A stretch of DNA of 45,854 nucleotides from Faecousia sp. (GCA_045658625.1 JAZOVI010000005.1:1-45854), one strand, 5' to 3'. Positions 27,878 through 38,251 are shown, counted from the stretch's first letter. The notes: generated by a model from the letters alone, not told the origin. Program-made: numbers and translations.

Positions 27878-28090
27878 ATGGAAATTTCAACTGAAATCAA
27901 ACGCATACGGCAAAGCACAATGCTAAGCCAGGAAGAGTTTGCCCGGGAACTGGGTGTTTCCTTTGCCACAGTGAACCGGTGGGAAACGGGCCGTGCCAAA
28001 CCTACATATCGCACACTCCGTCTGATTGACGAGTATTGCAAAAATCATAATATTACTTTCGATGTCAGCAATGCGTCGGACATGACTTAA
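27878..28090 (+). CDS. Xre HTH regulator (C-protein-like)
   Basis: LSQEEFARELGVSFATVNRWETGR; first gene of the hsd operon. Confidence 0.88.
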   Translation: MEISTEIKRIRQSTMLSQEEFARELGVSFATVNRWETGRAKPTYRTLRLIDEYCKNHNITFDVSNASDMT

Positions 28091-28104
28091 CGGAGGATAC
28101 TGCT

Positions 28105-29742
28105 ATGGCGAAAGCAGCTAAAAAAGTAGAGAAAGAAGTTTCTTTGGAAACTGTATTGTGGAACTGCCGTGTGGCCTTGCGTGGTGTTGGCAGTACCGAA
28201 AAGAATAGAGATGCGGTTATCGGTTTGTGCTTCCTGAAATTTGCCGGTGACAAGTTCGAAAAGCGCTATACTGAAATTGCGGAAGAGAATAAGGACAAGG
28301 ACCCGGCACTTGTACAAATCTTGCAGAATAAGGTTTCTTCGTATAATGCGGTCAATGTGTTTTACTTGAAGGAGACCGCCCGTTGGTCCTATATTGTAAA
28401 GAATGCCGGTGCCAATGATATTGCCGTTATTCTGGACCAGGCTATGGCGGATATCGAAGCGGCAAACCCCTCGCTCAAAGGCGCACTGCTTTTGAATTTC
28501 TATGCTTCCCTTGGCGCAAGCAAAGAGGATATCAAAAAGCTGATTGACGAAGTAAACCGCATCGATGAGAAGCGGTTCCATGAAGAGGACCTTATCGGAC
28601 GGGTATACGAATATTTCTTGCAGGTGTATGCTGCCGGCGGCACCAAAGAGGATGGTGAATTCTACACCCCCGCTTGTGTGGTTAGCTTGATTGCGGAAAT
28701 GATTGAGCCCTTCAGCGGCGTTGTGTATGACCCCTGCTGCGGCTCCGGCGGTATGTTTGTTCAGTCCCATAAGTTCGTGGAGCAGCACCGTGGCAATCGA
28801 AAGAACATCTCCGTAGTAGGTCAGGAGAAGACCCAGGAAACCTGGCGTCTGTGTAAGATGAATCTTGCCATTCGTGGTATCTCCCACAATCTGGGAGAGA
28901 AGAATGCCTCCACCTTTACAGAAGATTTGCATAAGGACCGTAAGGTGGACTACATCATGGCCAACCCGCCTTTTAACCTCAAGGGCTGGCGCGGTGAGGA
29001 CGAGCTGCTGGACGACCCCCGTTGGGCAGGCTATGCGGTTCCTCGCGCATCTAATGCCAACTATGCTTGGATTCTGCACATGATTTCCAAACTGGATGTA
29101 AATCACGGTGTTGCCGGATTCCTGCTGGCGAACGGTGCATTGAATGATTCTGATGAATACGCCATCCGCAGACGCATCTTGGAAAATGATAAAGTAGAGG
29201 CAATTATTATCTTGCCCAGAGAGATGTTCTATACCACTGATATTTCGGTCACGCTGTGGATTGTTAACATGAACAAGAAGGGTGGTGTGGTCAACGAGCG
29301 AAAGCTTCGGGACCGCAGAGGTGAAGTCTTGTTTATGGACCTGCGCCGTTGGGATGAAAATGTTGAGGAAATTGTTGTCGACAAGGGTAAGAAAAAGAAA
29401 AAGACCGTTCTGACTCCTACTCAAATTGCAGAAATCAAGAAGGTCTATAACGGCTGGCAGAGTGCTGATACTACCCAGTATGCGGATGTGCCGGAGTTCT
29501 GCAAGTCTGTGAAAATTCTCTCAAAAGATAAGGTGTCTTCGGAAGATATTTCTATTGAAGATATGGATTTTTCTCTCATTCCGAGCAAGTACATTGAGTT
29601 TGTTGACCATGACTTGGATATCGATTTTGAAAAAGAAATGGCTCGCATTCAAAATGAGATGCGCTTGTTAATGACCTCTGAGGAATTGTCGCAGTCTATG
29701 TTAAAGGATGCTTTTAGGGGGATTGGTTATGACATTGACTAA
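28105..29742 (+). CDS. hsdM: type I R-M methyltransferase subunit (m6A)
   Basis: GEFYTP, YDPCCGSGGMF, MANPPFN. Confidence 0.95.
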   Translation: MAKAAKKVEKEVSLETVLWNCRVALRGVGSTEKNRDAVIGLCFLKFAGDKFEKRYTEIAEENKDKDPALVQILQNKVSSYNAVNVFYLKETARWSYIVKNAGANDIAVILDQAMADIEAANPSLKGALLLNFYASLGASKEDIKKLIDEVNRIDEKRFHEEDLIGRVYEYFLQVYAAGGTKEDGEFYTPACVVSLIAEMIEPFSGVVYDPCCGSGGMFVQSHKFVEQHRGNRKNISVVGQEKTQETWRLCKMNLAIRGISHNLGEKNASTFTEDLHKDRKVDYIMANPPFNLKGWRGEDELLDDPRWAGYAVPRASNANYAWILHMISKLDVNHGVAGFLLANGALNDSDEYAIRRRILENDKVEAIIILPREMFYTTDISVTLWIVNMNKKGGVVNERKLRDRRGEVLFMDLRRWDENVEEIVVDKGKKKKKTVLTPTQIAEIKKVYNGWQSADTTQYADVPEFCKSVKILSKDKVSSEDISIEDMDFSLIPSKYIEFVDHDLDIDFEKEMARIQNEMRLLMTSEELSQSMLKDAFRGIGYDID

Positions 29743-30838
29743 AATCCGCCTTGGAGATTACATAGAACGGTCAACTATCAACAACCGTAATTTAAGATAT
29801 GGATTTGAACTAATAGAAGGCGTAACCAATGAGGGCATATTTGCTGCTCCCAAGGGTGACACAACAGATGTGGACTTGAAACCATATAAAATTGTTGAAA
29901 ACGGCGCATTTGTGTATAACCCATCAAGGCTCGATTTGGGGTCTATTGCATACCGCACGACAGGTCTATGTATAGTTTCTCATCTTTACATTGTCTTTTA
30001 CCTTAATGAGCAAGGACGGAAAAAGATTGACCCCATGTACTTGTATATGTATTTTAGACGAAGGGAATTTTGTCGGGAGGTTACATTTAGAAACTTTGGT
30101 AGTCAGCGACCTGAATTTAATTTTAATGATATCAGCGATATAGAGATGCCTTTGCCGGATATTTCTATTCAACGGAGATATGTAGCAATATATAATGCTC
30201 TGCTTTCCAATCAACAGAGATACGAGCAAGGATTGGAAGATTTGAAATTAGTTTGTGATGGGTATATCGAAGAATTAAGAAGACAATTACCATGCTACGA
30301 AATTGGTCCTCATATTATAGAATGCAACGAAAGGAATACCAATTTACTAATTAACAATGTGCAGGGCGTAAATAGCACAAGCAGTTTTGGCGAAACGAAG
30401 GCAGACACTACAGGACTGGATTTCCGTAACTATAAAATTGTTAAGAAAGGTCAATTTGCATATAATCCGTCCAGAATCAATTTGGGCTCTATCGCTCTGT
30501 TGAGAGATGCAGATTGCATAGTGTCACCTATGTACACTGTGTTTGAAGTTGCTGACCCCAATGTAATATTACCAGAATACCTAATGATGTGGTTCGGGAG
30601 AAGCGAATTTCAAAGGAGTACACTGTTTTATGCTGCGGGTTCTGTTCGCGATACATTTGGCTTTGATGTGATGAAAGAAGTCAAGATTCCCATTCCCAAT
30701 ATAGAAATTCAAAAGAATATTGTTAATATTTACAATGCCTATCAGTTGCGAAGAGAAATCAACGAGCAACTAAAAGTGCAAATCAAGGACATATGTCCGA
30801 TTCTGATTAAGGGGTCGTTAGAAGAAGGTGAAGCATGA
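29729..30838 (+). CDS. hsdS: type I R-M specificity subunit
   Basis: Two TRD repeats with PLPDISIQ / PIPNIEIQ conserved helices; overlaps hsdM end. Confidence 0.9.
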   Translation: MTLTKIRLGDYIERSTINNRNLRYGFELIEGVTNEGIFAAPKGDTTDVDLKPYKIVENGAFVYNPSRLDLGSIAYRTTGLCIVSHLYIVFYLNEQGRKKIDPMYLYMYFRRREFCREVTFRNFGSQRPEFNFNDISDIEMPLPDISIQRRYVAIYNALLSNQQRYEQGLEDLKLVCDGYIEELRRQLPCYEIGPHIIECNERNTNLLINNVQGVNSTSSFGETKADTTGLDFRNYKIVKKGQFAYNPSRINLGSIALLRDADCIVSPMYTVFEVADPNVILPEYLMMWFGRSEFQRSTLFYAAGSVRDTFGFDVMKEVKIPIPNIEIQKNIVNIYNAYQLRREINEQLKVQIKDICPILIKGSLEEGEA

Positions 30839-32106
30839 AAAGAATCACGGAATTAACCCGTAGAGATATCGTTGACATTATTATGGGCGGCTTTCTTGTA
30901 AAAGAACCGGAAACTCTTGATTCAGACTATGAATGGGAAACGGATGCAAAGGGAAGATACATTGTCAGGATGCCATTTTGCGGACGGTTGAGCGAGGTGG
31001 AATTCCTATCTCGGCTCTACGATTTAAACAATATGCCTTCATATGACCGCCGATTTAAGAATGCTTACGGAGATATTGTTCAACACACGGTGAATAACGA
31101 TGATTGGGACGAATACTGGATGTTTTCCGATGACCGGTTTAATCTCTCTAAGGATGGCGGAGATGAGCCTCTACTGGCGTTTTTGTGTGAAATGTTTCAT
31201 CCTGTTGTGAGGCTGGAAGATTATCCGTGGAGAGAATATTTGAAGAAGTTTAATCAGCTGCTACAACCTGATGGCTATGAGCTTTACGAATCAGAAAATA
31301 TCTCTGGACGGGAAGTATACAAATATCGGGAAATCAATCGAATTGAATTACCACATACAAATACTCCAATTTTTGCAGCCAAGAAGCCTATTGGCCAAGG
31401 TTCTTATGCGAGGACATTCCGTTATACGGACCCGTTTTACAACAAGGATTTTGTTGTAAAGAAAGCAAAGTCAGAACTCTCGGAAAAAGAACTCGAACGG
31501 TTTAAACGGGAGTTCGAGCAGATGAAGGCGCTGCGTTCACCTTACATAGTGGAAGTGTATTCCTATTTTCCTGAAACACAAGAATACACAATGGAGCTTA
31601 TGGATTGTACGCTCTATGACTATATCAGTAAAAACAACACTACACTCCCGCTTGAACGCAGAAAGACAATAATTGCACAGCTTCTTCGAGGGTTCAGATA
31701 TTTGCATTCGCAATCCGTTTTGCACCGAGATGTCAGTGCGTGTAATGCATTGGTTAATGTTTATGATGATGCCGTCGTGGTCAAGATATCTGACTTCGGC
31801 TTGGTAAAAATCGTTGACAGCGAATTGACTTCTGAAAATACGGAATTCAAAGGTAGCTTAAATGACCCGGCACTACGGGTTCAGGGGTTTGCAAATTATG
31901 AGCTCCGTCATGAGCTATATGCAATAACCTTGCTTTGTGTATATGTGTTAACAGGAAAAACAAATTTCGCAAAAGTCAGGGAAGAGCCAATCGTAGAATT
32001 TATGCACAAGGGAACAGATGCGGATATTAATAAGAGATTCCAAACATTGGATGAACTTCAAAAAGGCATTTCCTGTTGTGTGAAACTTCTGGAAAAGGGT
32101 TGCTGA
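30835..32106 (+). CDS. AbiJ-NTD3-like domain fused to Hanks-type Ser/Thr kinase
   Basis: N-term ITELTRRDI...GRLSEVEFLSRLYDL...DIVQHTVNNDDW...FLCEMFHPVVR; kinase IGQGSYA, VVKK, HRDVSACN, DFG. Confidence 0.85.
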   Translation: MKRITELTRRDIVDIIMGGFLVKEPETLDSDYEWETDAKGRYIVRMPFCGRLSEVEFLSRLYDLNNMPSYDRRFKNAYGDIVQHTVNNDDWDEYWMFSDDRFNLSKDGGDEPLLAFLCEMFHPVVRLEDYPWREYLKKFNQLLQPDGYELYESENISGREVYKYREINRIELPHTNTPIFAAKKPIGQGSYARTFRYTDPFYNKDFVVKKAKSELSEKELERFKREFEQMKALRSPYIVEVYSYFPETQEYTMELMDCTLYDYISKNNTTLPLERRKTIIAQLLRGFRYLHSQSVLHRDVSACNALVNVYDDAVVVKISDFGLVKIVDSELTSENTEFKGSLNDPALRVQGFANYELRHELYAITLLCVYVLTGKTNFAKVREEPIVEFMHKGTDADINKRFQTLDELQKGISCCVKLLEKGC

Positions 32107-32121
32107 GATAAGGAGGAAAAT

Positions 32122-33372
32122 ATGCCAGGTTTATTGTTTCCAGCATATCAAAAATTTTATAGTGCATTGACGTGCTTGGAACGGTTTGACAAGGAGAAGA
32201 ACTTCTTCGACAACATTTCAAGCCTGGATAATTTCTTTGCGGAATACAGAAATATTACCTTTGCGATTCAGTCCGCAATCAGGCACACAGTCCATTTTGC
32301 TGTTTATGAAGCCAACCGGGAAAAGTATCTCGACCACTGGTTTGTGGATAAAAGAAATGAAACGACCAAGCAGCAGCCATTTCAGCTGGTAAAGCAAATT
32401 GATATTTCTATTTATTTACCGGATGATAGTTTATCAGTGTGCAGCCGGTCATTCACCGTGGAAGACGATGTTCCCATGGAATCGTTAAATGATGAACTGA
32501 AGGGGCTGCTTGCAGAGGTTTCGCCATACGAGGTTTGTTTCTCTGCAAAGTTCTCTTTCTATGAAAAAGGGACATCGTTGGATTTATGGGATAAGCTTGT
32601 GGCGGGAATTGCGTCCATGGTTGACTTTATGGACTTTATGTATAAGGAAGTTGACGAGGATTGTCGGCTGTGTAACGAACTGCGAGAGAAAATTCACAAA
32701 TCGAAATTCGCTGCTGTGCCTAAAGACTTTTGGCTCGTTAATGACTATACGTACTATCCACAAAAGGATGAGTTTGAGCGCGCTGGCCGTCTGGCATTGG
32801 TTTTGTCAGCGGACGGACAGAAGGTGGCAAGCAGAAGTCCTATCCAAAACCTTACAAAGGCAGAACACCTAAACTATGATGGAACACCCTTCGGCACTTT
32901 TGTGCTGATGCATGCACTTATTCGTGCCATTCGACCGGGAGTTGATATTATGCCGGTTTTGTTGGTTGTGTATAACGATGATACATATGATATGGATGCG
33001 TTTCACGCGGATATGAAAACGACCGTTTATCGCAAAATCAATGAGGTGGCCGAAAGAGTCAGTTCAGACGATATTCGGCAGGTGTGCTTTATGACACTGT
33101 ATGCCTGTATCCCAAACACCGGGGATATACCTAAGACATCCAGGGAGCGCTTGGCTATTTCTACGACGGATGTACTTGTATTTGCAAGTGTAGACCGAGA
33201 TTTGGAGGAAATGGAATATGCATTTGATGGTGCGGCCATGGTCGATATGGAATATGTGGCTCGTGTAATGAAATATGGTCGTAAGAATCAACTGGATACC
33301 AGCAGACTGAATATGACGCCAATCATTGAAGCATTCAAAGCAAAGAGCGGTACAAGCTCTTCGGAGGTGTAG
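32122..33372 (+). CDS. hypothetical protein, possible N-terminal HEPN-like helical domain
   Basis: AAGGAGG RBS; LDNFFAEYRNITFAIQ...WFVDKRNETTKQ. Confidence 0.7.
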   Translation: MPGLLFPAYQKFYSALTCLERFDKEKNFFDNISSLDNFFAEYRNITFAIQSAIRHTVHFAVYEANREKYLDHWFVDKRNETTKQQPFQLVKQIDISIYLPDDSLSVCSRSFTVEDDVPMESLNDELKGLLAEVSPYEVCFSAKFSFYEKGTSLDLWDKLVAGIASMVDFMDFMYKEVDEDCRLCNELREKIHKSKFAAVPKDFWLVNDYTYYPQKDEFERAGRLALVLSADGQKVASRSPIQNLTKAEHLNYDGTPFGTFVLMHALIRAIRPGVDIMPVLLVVYNDDTYDMDAFHADMKTTVYRKINEVAERVSSDDIRQVCFMTLYACIPNTGDIPKTSRERLAISTTDVLVFASVDRDLEEMEYAFDGAAMVDMEYVARVMKYGRKNQLDTSRLNMTPIIEAFKAKSGTSSSEV

Positions 33373-33373
33373 T

Positions 33374-36300
33374 ATGGATTACACATTTACAAAAGGAACA
33401 TTTACAGAGACTCAGTTGGAGGCGGCGATTATCGCGCTTTTTGAGCAGCAGGGTTATACCTATGTTCCCGGCGAGACAATTCACAGAAAGTATGAGGACA
33501 TTCTTTTGCTGGATGACCTGCGTGCATTTCTGTCGGCTCGCTATGCCTCCGCGAACCTGAGTGAAACGGAATTGCAGAAAATTATCAACCGGATTGCGCT
33601 GATTCCTGCAGCGCCGCTTTACAGCGGAAACCGGGACACTTTCTGGCTCATTAACGAGGGCTTTGACCTTATGCGTGATGATGCCAGCCAGGTTGCGCTC
33701 CATGTGGATTACATCGACTTTGACAACCCTGAAAATAACATCTTTAAGGTCGTGAACCAGTATTCCGTTCAGGGAGAGCGGCTCCGCCGGCCGGACCTGC
33801 TTGTGTTCATCAATGGCATTCCCATTGCTATTTGCGAATTTAAATCCGCAATCAATGAGGATACCACTGTTCACGATGCTTGGGAGCAAATTACCATCCG
33901 CTATAACCGGGATATCCCCAAGCTGATGAAATATTGCTTCCTGTCTGTTATCAGCGATGGTGCCAACACAAAGCTTGGCAGCATCTTTACGCCGTATCCC
34001 TATTACTACGCATGGAACAAAGCAAACGACACGGACAAGGTATCTAATGGTATCAGCTCGCTGTTTACAATGCTGACCGGAGCCTTTGCAAAGGAACGCA
34101 TTATCAGCATCCTGCGTGATTTCGTTTTCTATCCAGATGACAGCAAAAAGAGTGAAGCAATCGTCTGCCGTTATCCACAGTTCTTTGCTGCCGAGAAGAT
34201 GCTCGGCAATATCAAGAAGCACCTGCGTCCTGCCGGCGATGGCAAGGGCGGTACATACTTTGGTGCTACAGGCTGTGGCAAGACATACACGATGCTGTTC
34301 CTGGCCCGTATGATTGCGCTACGTGACCCGGATACCTTCAACAATCCCACGATTGTTATTATTGTTGACCGTGAGGATTTGGATACACAGACGGCAGAGC
34401 TGTTTGCTACGGCAAAGAAGTTCCTGCATGAGAACGATGTACGCAGCATTGAATCCCGTGCCGATATGGCACAAACCTTGGGAGACCGTCCCAGTGGCGG
34501 TGTTTACATTACCTCGATTCAGAAATTCTGCGAGAAAACAGGGTTGCTCTCGGACCGTAGCAACATTATCTGTATTTCTGACGAGGCTCACAGAACCCAG
34601 ACGGGTGTTGGTGCCAAATTGAAAAAGACCGATAAGGGTGTTTTTACTACTTACGGATTTGCGAAGTACCTGCGTGATAGCTTCCCCAATGCCACATACT
34701 GTGGATTCACCGGAACGCCTGTGGATGAGACCATCGCCGTGTTCGGCGATGTGGTGGACAGCTACACCATGAAGGAGTCCAGCGATGACGGCATTACTGT
34801 CCGTATTGCGTATGAGCCCCGCCTGGCTCGCGTGATTCTGTCTGATGAGCAGGCAAAGCAGATTCAGAAATACTACGACCGTTGTGCAGAGGAAGGCTCC
34901 ACACCTGAGCAAATTGAGGAAAGCCAGCGCGCCATGAGCCAGATGAAGGCTATTCTGGGGCACCCGGATAGGCTGAAAAAACTGGCGGCTGATATCGTTA
35001 TGCATTATGAATCTCTGTGCGGTGAAAAGCCTGAAATTGTGCAGAAGGCGATGATTGTATGCGCCGACCGTGCCGTGGCATTCCAGCTCTTAAAGGCAAT
35101 CTTGGCTATTCGACCTGACTGGGGAGAGAAACGGCGTGCGGAGGATGAGGGCGTTCTGAGCAAGGAACAGCTGGATAAATTGATGCCCCTGCCAAAAATT
35201 AATCTGGTTGCTACACAGGGTGCCAACGATGAGCCGGACTTGTATAATGCCTGCGGGACCAAGGACTACCGCAAAATGCTGGACAAGCAGTTCAAGAACA
35301 ACAATTCCAATTTCAAACTGGCAATTGTTGTGGATATGTGGATTACCGGCTTTGATGTTCCTTCTTTGGCGGTTATGTACATCGATAAGCCACTGCAAAA
35401 GCATACCCTGATTCAGACCATTTCTCGCGTCAATCGTGTGTTTGACGGCAAGGACAAGGGCTTGGTGGTCGATTATATTGGTATCAAGAACGATATGCTG
35501 GAAGCGGTTAAGCGGTATGGCAGCCCTCAGGAGAGTCCCATTGATGAGCTGAACATTACCTTGGGCATCTTCCGGAATCACCTTGCTCTGATTGATGAGT
35601 TACTTTCCGGCTTCAATGCCACAAAGTTCTATGTGGGAGAGCCGCTGGAACGGCTGAATTGCTTGAATGCAGCAGCGGAGTATGTGCAGATGAGCAAGGA
35701 ACTGGAAACACGGTTTATGGGCCTGTCCCGGCGTTTGAAAGGTGCTTATGGTATCTGTTTCCCCTCCGGAGAACTGACGGATAATGAAACGGCTAAGGCT
35801 CAGTTCTATCTGGCAATTCGCTCGATTATCTACAAGCAGACTAAGGGCGATGCGCCGGATGCGGAAGTGATGAACAGTGTTGTGGAGGGGATGGTTCGGA
35901 AGGCTATTACCTGCACAGGTGTTGAGAATATCGTGGACGAGCATAAGACCGTTGATTTCTTCAGCGATGAATTCCTGGCTGAACTTAATGCGGTGAAGAT
36001 GCCCATTACGAAATTTAACGCATTGTTGAAGCTTCTTAAAAAGGCAATCAGCAGCTACGGTCAAACCAATAAGGTCAAGGCTCTGGAGTTTGACGAAAGA
36101 CTTCGCAGTGTTGTAGAAACTTATAACAGCCGGGATAAGCTGGTGTTCACCAGCGAGGTTGTTGCTGACTTCGTTAATGACTTGTCTGACCAGCTGCTAC
36201 AGATACTCAAAGATTTGCAGGAAGACCAGACCTCATTTGAGAAGCTTGGGATTTCCTTCGAGGAAAAGGCGTTCTATGACATTCTCGTCAAAGTTCGTGA

Positions 36301-36559
36301 CGAACACGGATTCCCGTATGCTGATGAGAAGTGCATCGTACTGGCTAAGAAAATCAAGGAACTGGTCGATGATAAATCTCAGTATGCAGACTGGTCTACA
36401 CGTGATGATATTAAGAATCAGCTCAATATGGATTTGACGATTCTGCTGTATCAGAACGGATACCCGCCCGAGTGGGATGAAGAAATCTTCGAGAAGGTCA
36501 TGGAGCAGGCTGAAAATTTCAAAAAATACGATAGCAATACTGCATCCGGGAGAACCTGA
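33374..36559 (+). CDS. hsdR: type I R-M restriction subunit
   Basis: RPDLLVFINGIPIAICEFK nuclease; ATGCGKT; DEAHR; GFTGTP; MWITGFD; QTISRVNR. Confidence 0.95.
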   Translation: MDYTFTKGTFTETQLEAAIIALFEQQGYTYVPGETIHRKYEDILLLDDLRAFLSARYASANLSETELQKIINRIALIPAAPLYSGNRDTFWLINEGFDLMRDDASQVALHVDYIDFDNPENNIFKVVNQYSVQGERLRRPDLLVFINGIPIAICEFKSAINEDTTVHDAWEQITIRYNRDIPKLMKYCFLSVISDGANTKLGSIFTPYPYYYAWNKANDTDKVSNGISSLFTMLTGAFAKERIISILRDFVFYPDDSKKSEAIVCRYPQFFAAEKMLGNIKKHLRPAGDGKGGTYFGATGCGKTYTMLFLARMIALRDPDTFNNPTIVIIVDREDLDTQTAELFATAKKFLHENDVRSIESRADMAQTLGDRPSGGVYITSIQKFCEKTGLLSDRSNIICISDEAHRTQTGVGAKLKKTDKGVFTTYGFAKYLRDSFPNATYCGFTGTPVDETIAVFGDVVDSYTMKESSDDGITVRIAYEPRLARVILSDEQAKQIQKYYDRCAEEGSTPEQIEESQRAMSQMKAILGHPDRLKKLAADIVMHYESLCGEKPEIVQKAMIVCADRAVAFQLLKAILAIRPDWGEKRRAEDEGVLSKEQLDKLMPLPKINLVATQGANDEPDLYNACGTKDYRKMLDKQFKNNNSNFKLAIVVDMWITGFDVPSLAVMYIDKPLQKHTLIQTISRVNRVFDGKDKGLVVDYIGIKNDMLEAVKRYGSPQESPIDELNITLGIFRNHLALIDELLSGFNATKFYVGEPLERLNCLNAAAEYVQMSKELETRFMGLSRRLKGAYGICFPSGELTDNETAKAQFYLAIRSIIYKQTKGDAPDAEVMNSVVEGMVRKAITCTGVENIVDEHKTVDFFSDEFLAELNAVKMPITKFNALLKLLKKAISSYGQTNKVKALEFDERLRSVVETYNSRDKLVFTSEVVADFVNDLSDQLLQILKDLQEDQTSFEKLGISFEEKAFYDILVKVRDEHGFPYADEKCIVLAKKIKELVDDKSQYADWSTRDDIKNQLNMDLTILLYQNGYPPEWDEEIFEKVMEQAENFKKYDSNTASGRT

Positions 36560-36575
36560 TGCGTAATTTGTTCAA

Positions 36576-37841
36576 ATGAAAGAGGTTTGTATGGGCAAGA
36601 AGAAATGCAGAATTCGAAAGGCTGCAAATGCCCTTTTTAAGGAAAAGGTACAGCCGTTTTTTGGAGAAAAGGTACTTCCGCTTCTATTGATAGCGAAGAC
36701 ATGGGGAATGAAGGCACTTAAGTTTTGTGGAAAGCTGATATATAGTGCCGTTAGGCTCGCCAGCTTTGCAGCTTTGGTTGTGTTACCATTTATGTCCAAC
36801 AATATAAACCAAGCCCTCGCACAATGGCTGTGGTACCCCGCTGCCACATTTTATCTAATTTTCGCAATTGTCGACCTCCGCAGAGAAAAGGAACCGATTT
36901 TTAAGGACCTAAGGGTAAACCTTGTAGGCAATTGGGGAATTTTCGGGATTGTGCCGGTAACGCTGAGCATATTTGTATTTAACTACTACGATATCGATTA
37001 CCTGTGGTGTTGGGTTGTTTTTGCAATGCTGTTTTGCGCGGCCCCGGTGTTCTTGTTTACGGTCTATTATGCGGACTTGAAAACAATTCAAAGAAGTGAC
37101 GAAGAAAGAAGAACTGGTGCTATTAACATATTTAAGCATACACTGCTCTATTGGTTGTATGACTTGTTATTTATGGCTTTCTTCAATGATTGGGATATAC
37201 TGATATATGTATTCGGTATCATTGCAGTGGTAGTGATTTTCTATAATGCTACTAAGGTGTTCCTCAAAGAAATAAAGTTATTCCAGAACCTTTTGCCATT
37301 TGAGTTCATTTCAGGGCTTGTGTTGGCGGTGTGCCTAATCTACAGGATTCCAGAGAAAACGTTGCAGAATATTGTGCTAACAATCGCTGCAGCTGTTGTT
37401 GGTGGGTTGATTACATTGTTGGGAGTTGCATGGACTATAAAGAGCAACTACAAAGATAAACGCAATGACGATAAAAAGAAAAACACACCGTATATTGCGA
37501 TGGGAGCTCTTGATACAACAGGACACGCTGGAACGAAGATAAAAATAGAAGAGTGTGGCTATTTCTTGTCGGCACATATGCTAAGCGATACTATTTTTAT
37601 ATTCAAAGGCGTGTTGCGTGACAACCAGTTTGTTAAAGCTGAGCACCTTATTGCACCCAAGAGCGATTTCTCCATACAAATGAATATTCAAGACTATGAT
37701 GAAGTGTATCTAATCGGCAGCGATGTTCTTGGAAATCATTACAGCTTTGCCTTGTCATGCTATATTCGCGAAAGTTCAAAAACCAAAATGGTGGCATCTA
37801 TTGGGTTGCCGCAAGAGAGTGACTGCATTGAAATGTTTTGA
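36576..37841 (+). CDS. multi-pass membrane protein with soluble C-terminal domain (start may be 36591)
   Basis: About 8 hydrophobic segments; starts 17 bp after the hsdR stop. Confidence 0.75.
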   Translation: MKEVCMGKKKCRIRKAANALFKEKVQPFFGEKVLPLLLIAKTWGMKALKFCGKLIYSAVRLASFAALVVLPFMSNNINQALAQWLWYPAATFYLIFAIVDLRREKEPIFKDLRVNLVGNWGIFGIVPVTLSIFVFNYYDIDYLWCWVVFAMLFCAAPVFLFTVYYADLKTIQRSDEERRTGAINIFKHTLLYWLYDLLFMAFFNDWDILIYVFGIIAVVVIFYNATKVFLKEIKLFQNLLPFEFISGLVLAVCLIYRIPEKTLQNIVLTIAAAVVGGLITLLGVAWTIKSNYKDKRNDDKKKNTPYIAMGALDTTGHAGTKIKIEECGYFLSAHMLSDTIFIFKGVLRDNQFVKAEHLIAPKSDFSIQMNIQDYDEVYLIGSDVLGNHYSFALSCYIRESSKTKMVASIGLPQESDCIEMF

Positions 37842-37880
37842 GTGTAATTTGGCGGATTAAGAGGAATAGAGGTCTACAAA

Positions 37881-37920
37881 GCTCCCGATATCAGTCATGT
37901 GGTATCGGGAGCGTATTTTA
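37881..37920 (+). terminator. probable terminator of the hsd operon
   Basis: GCTCCCGATA...TATCGGGAGC followed by GTATTTT. Confidence 0.6.
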
Positions 37921-38029
37921 CTGAAATGTAAAATAATGAGGACGATTATGCTGGCACGGGTTGCAGATGCGAGAGGGAGCCAAGGACGTGTTTGTAGTTT
38001 ATATACCGAGGAAAATTTTGCAAAAGGTA

Positions 38030-38058
38030 TTGACAAGCAAAAAACTTAGTGGTATCAT
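38030..38058 (+). promoter_or_regulatory. sigma-A promoter upstream of the xis-int operon leader
   Basis: TTGACA-17 bp-TATCAT preceded by TGG. Confidence 0.65.
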
Positions 38059-38251
38059 ATAGGAGAACATCGGGAGTGGTGTTCGTCGTAAGTTATTTAG
38101 TTTTTTATAAAAGTTTCATTTAATAGCAATCGTTCCCCAATAAAAGAGCACAACCTCTAAAAGAACAACAATTTAAAACAACAAAGCGATTTTCGCAGAA
38201 TAGAACTATAATTATTGAGTTATAGGGACATTCTGCGCTTTTTGCATTATG

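Noticed and set aside
28087-29424. 445 aa minus-strand ORF (and similar ORFs opposite hsdR)
   Set aside because: Antisense shadows of hsdM and hsdR with no motifs
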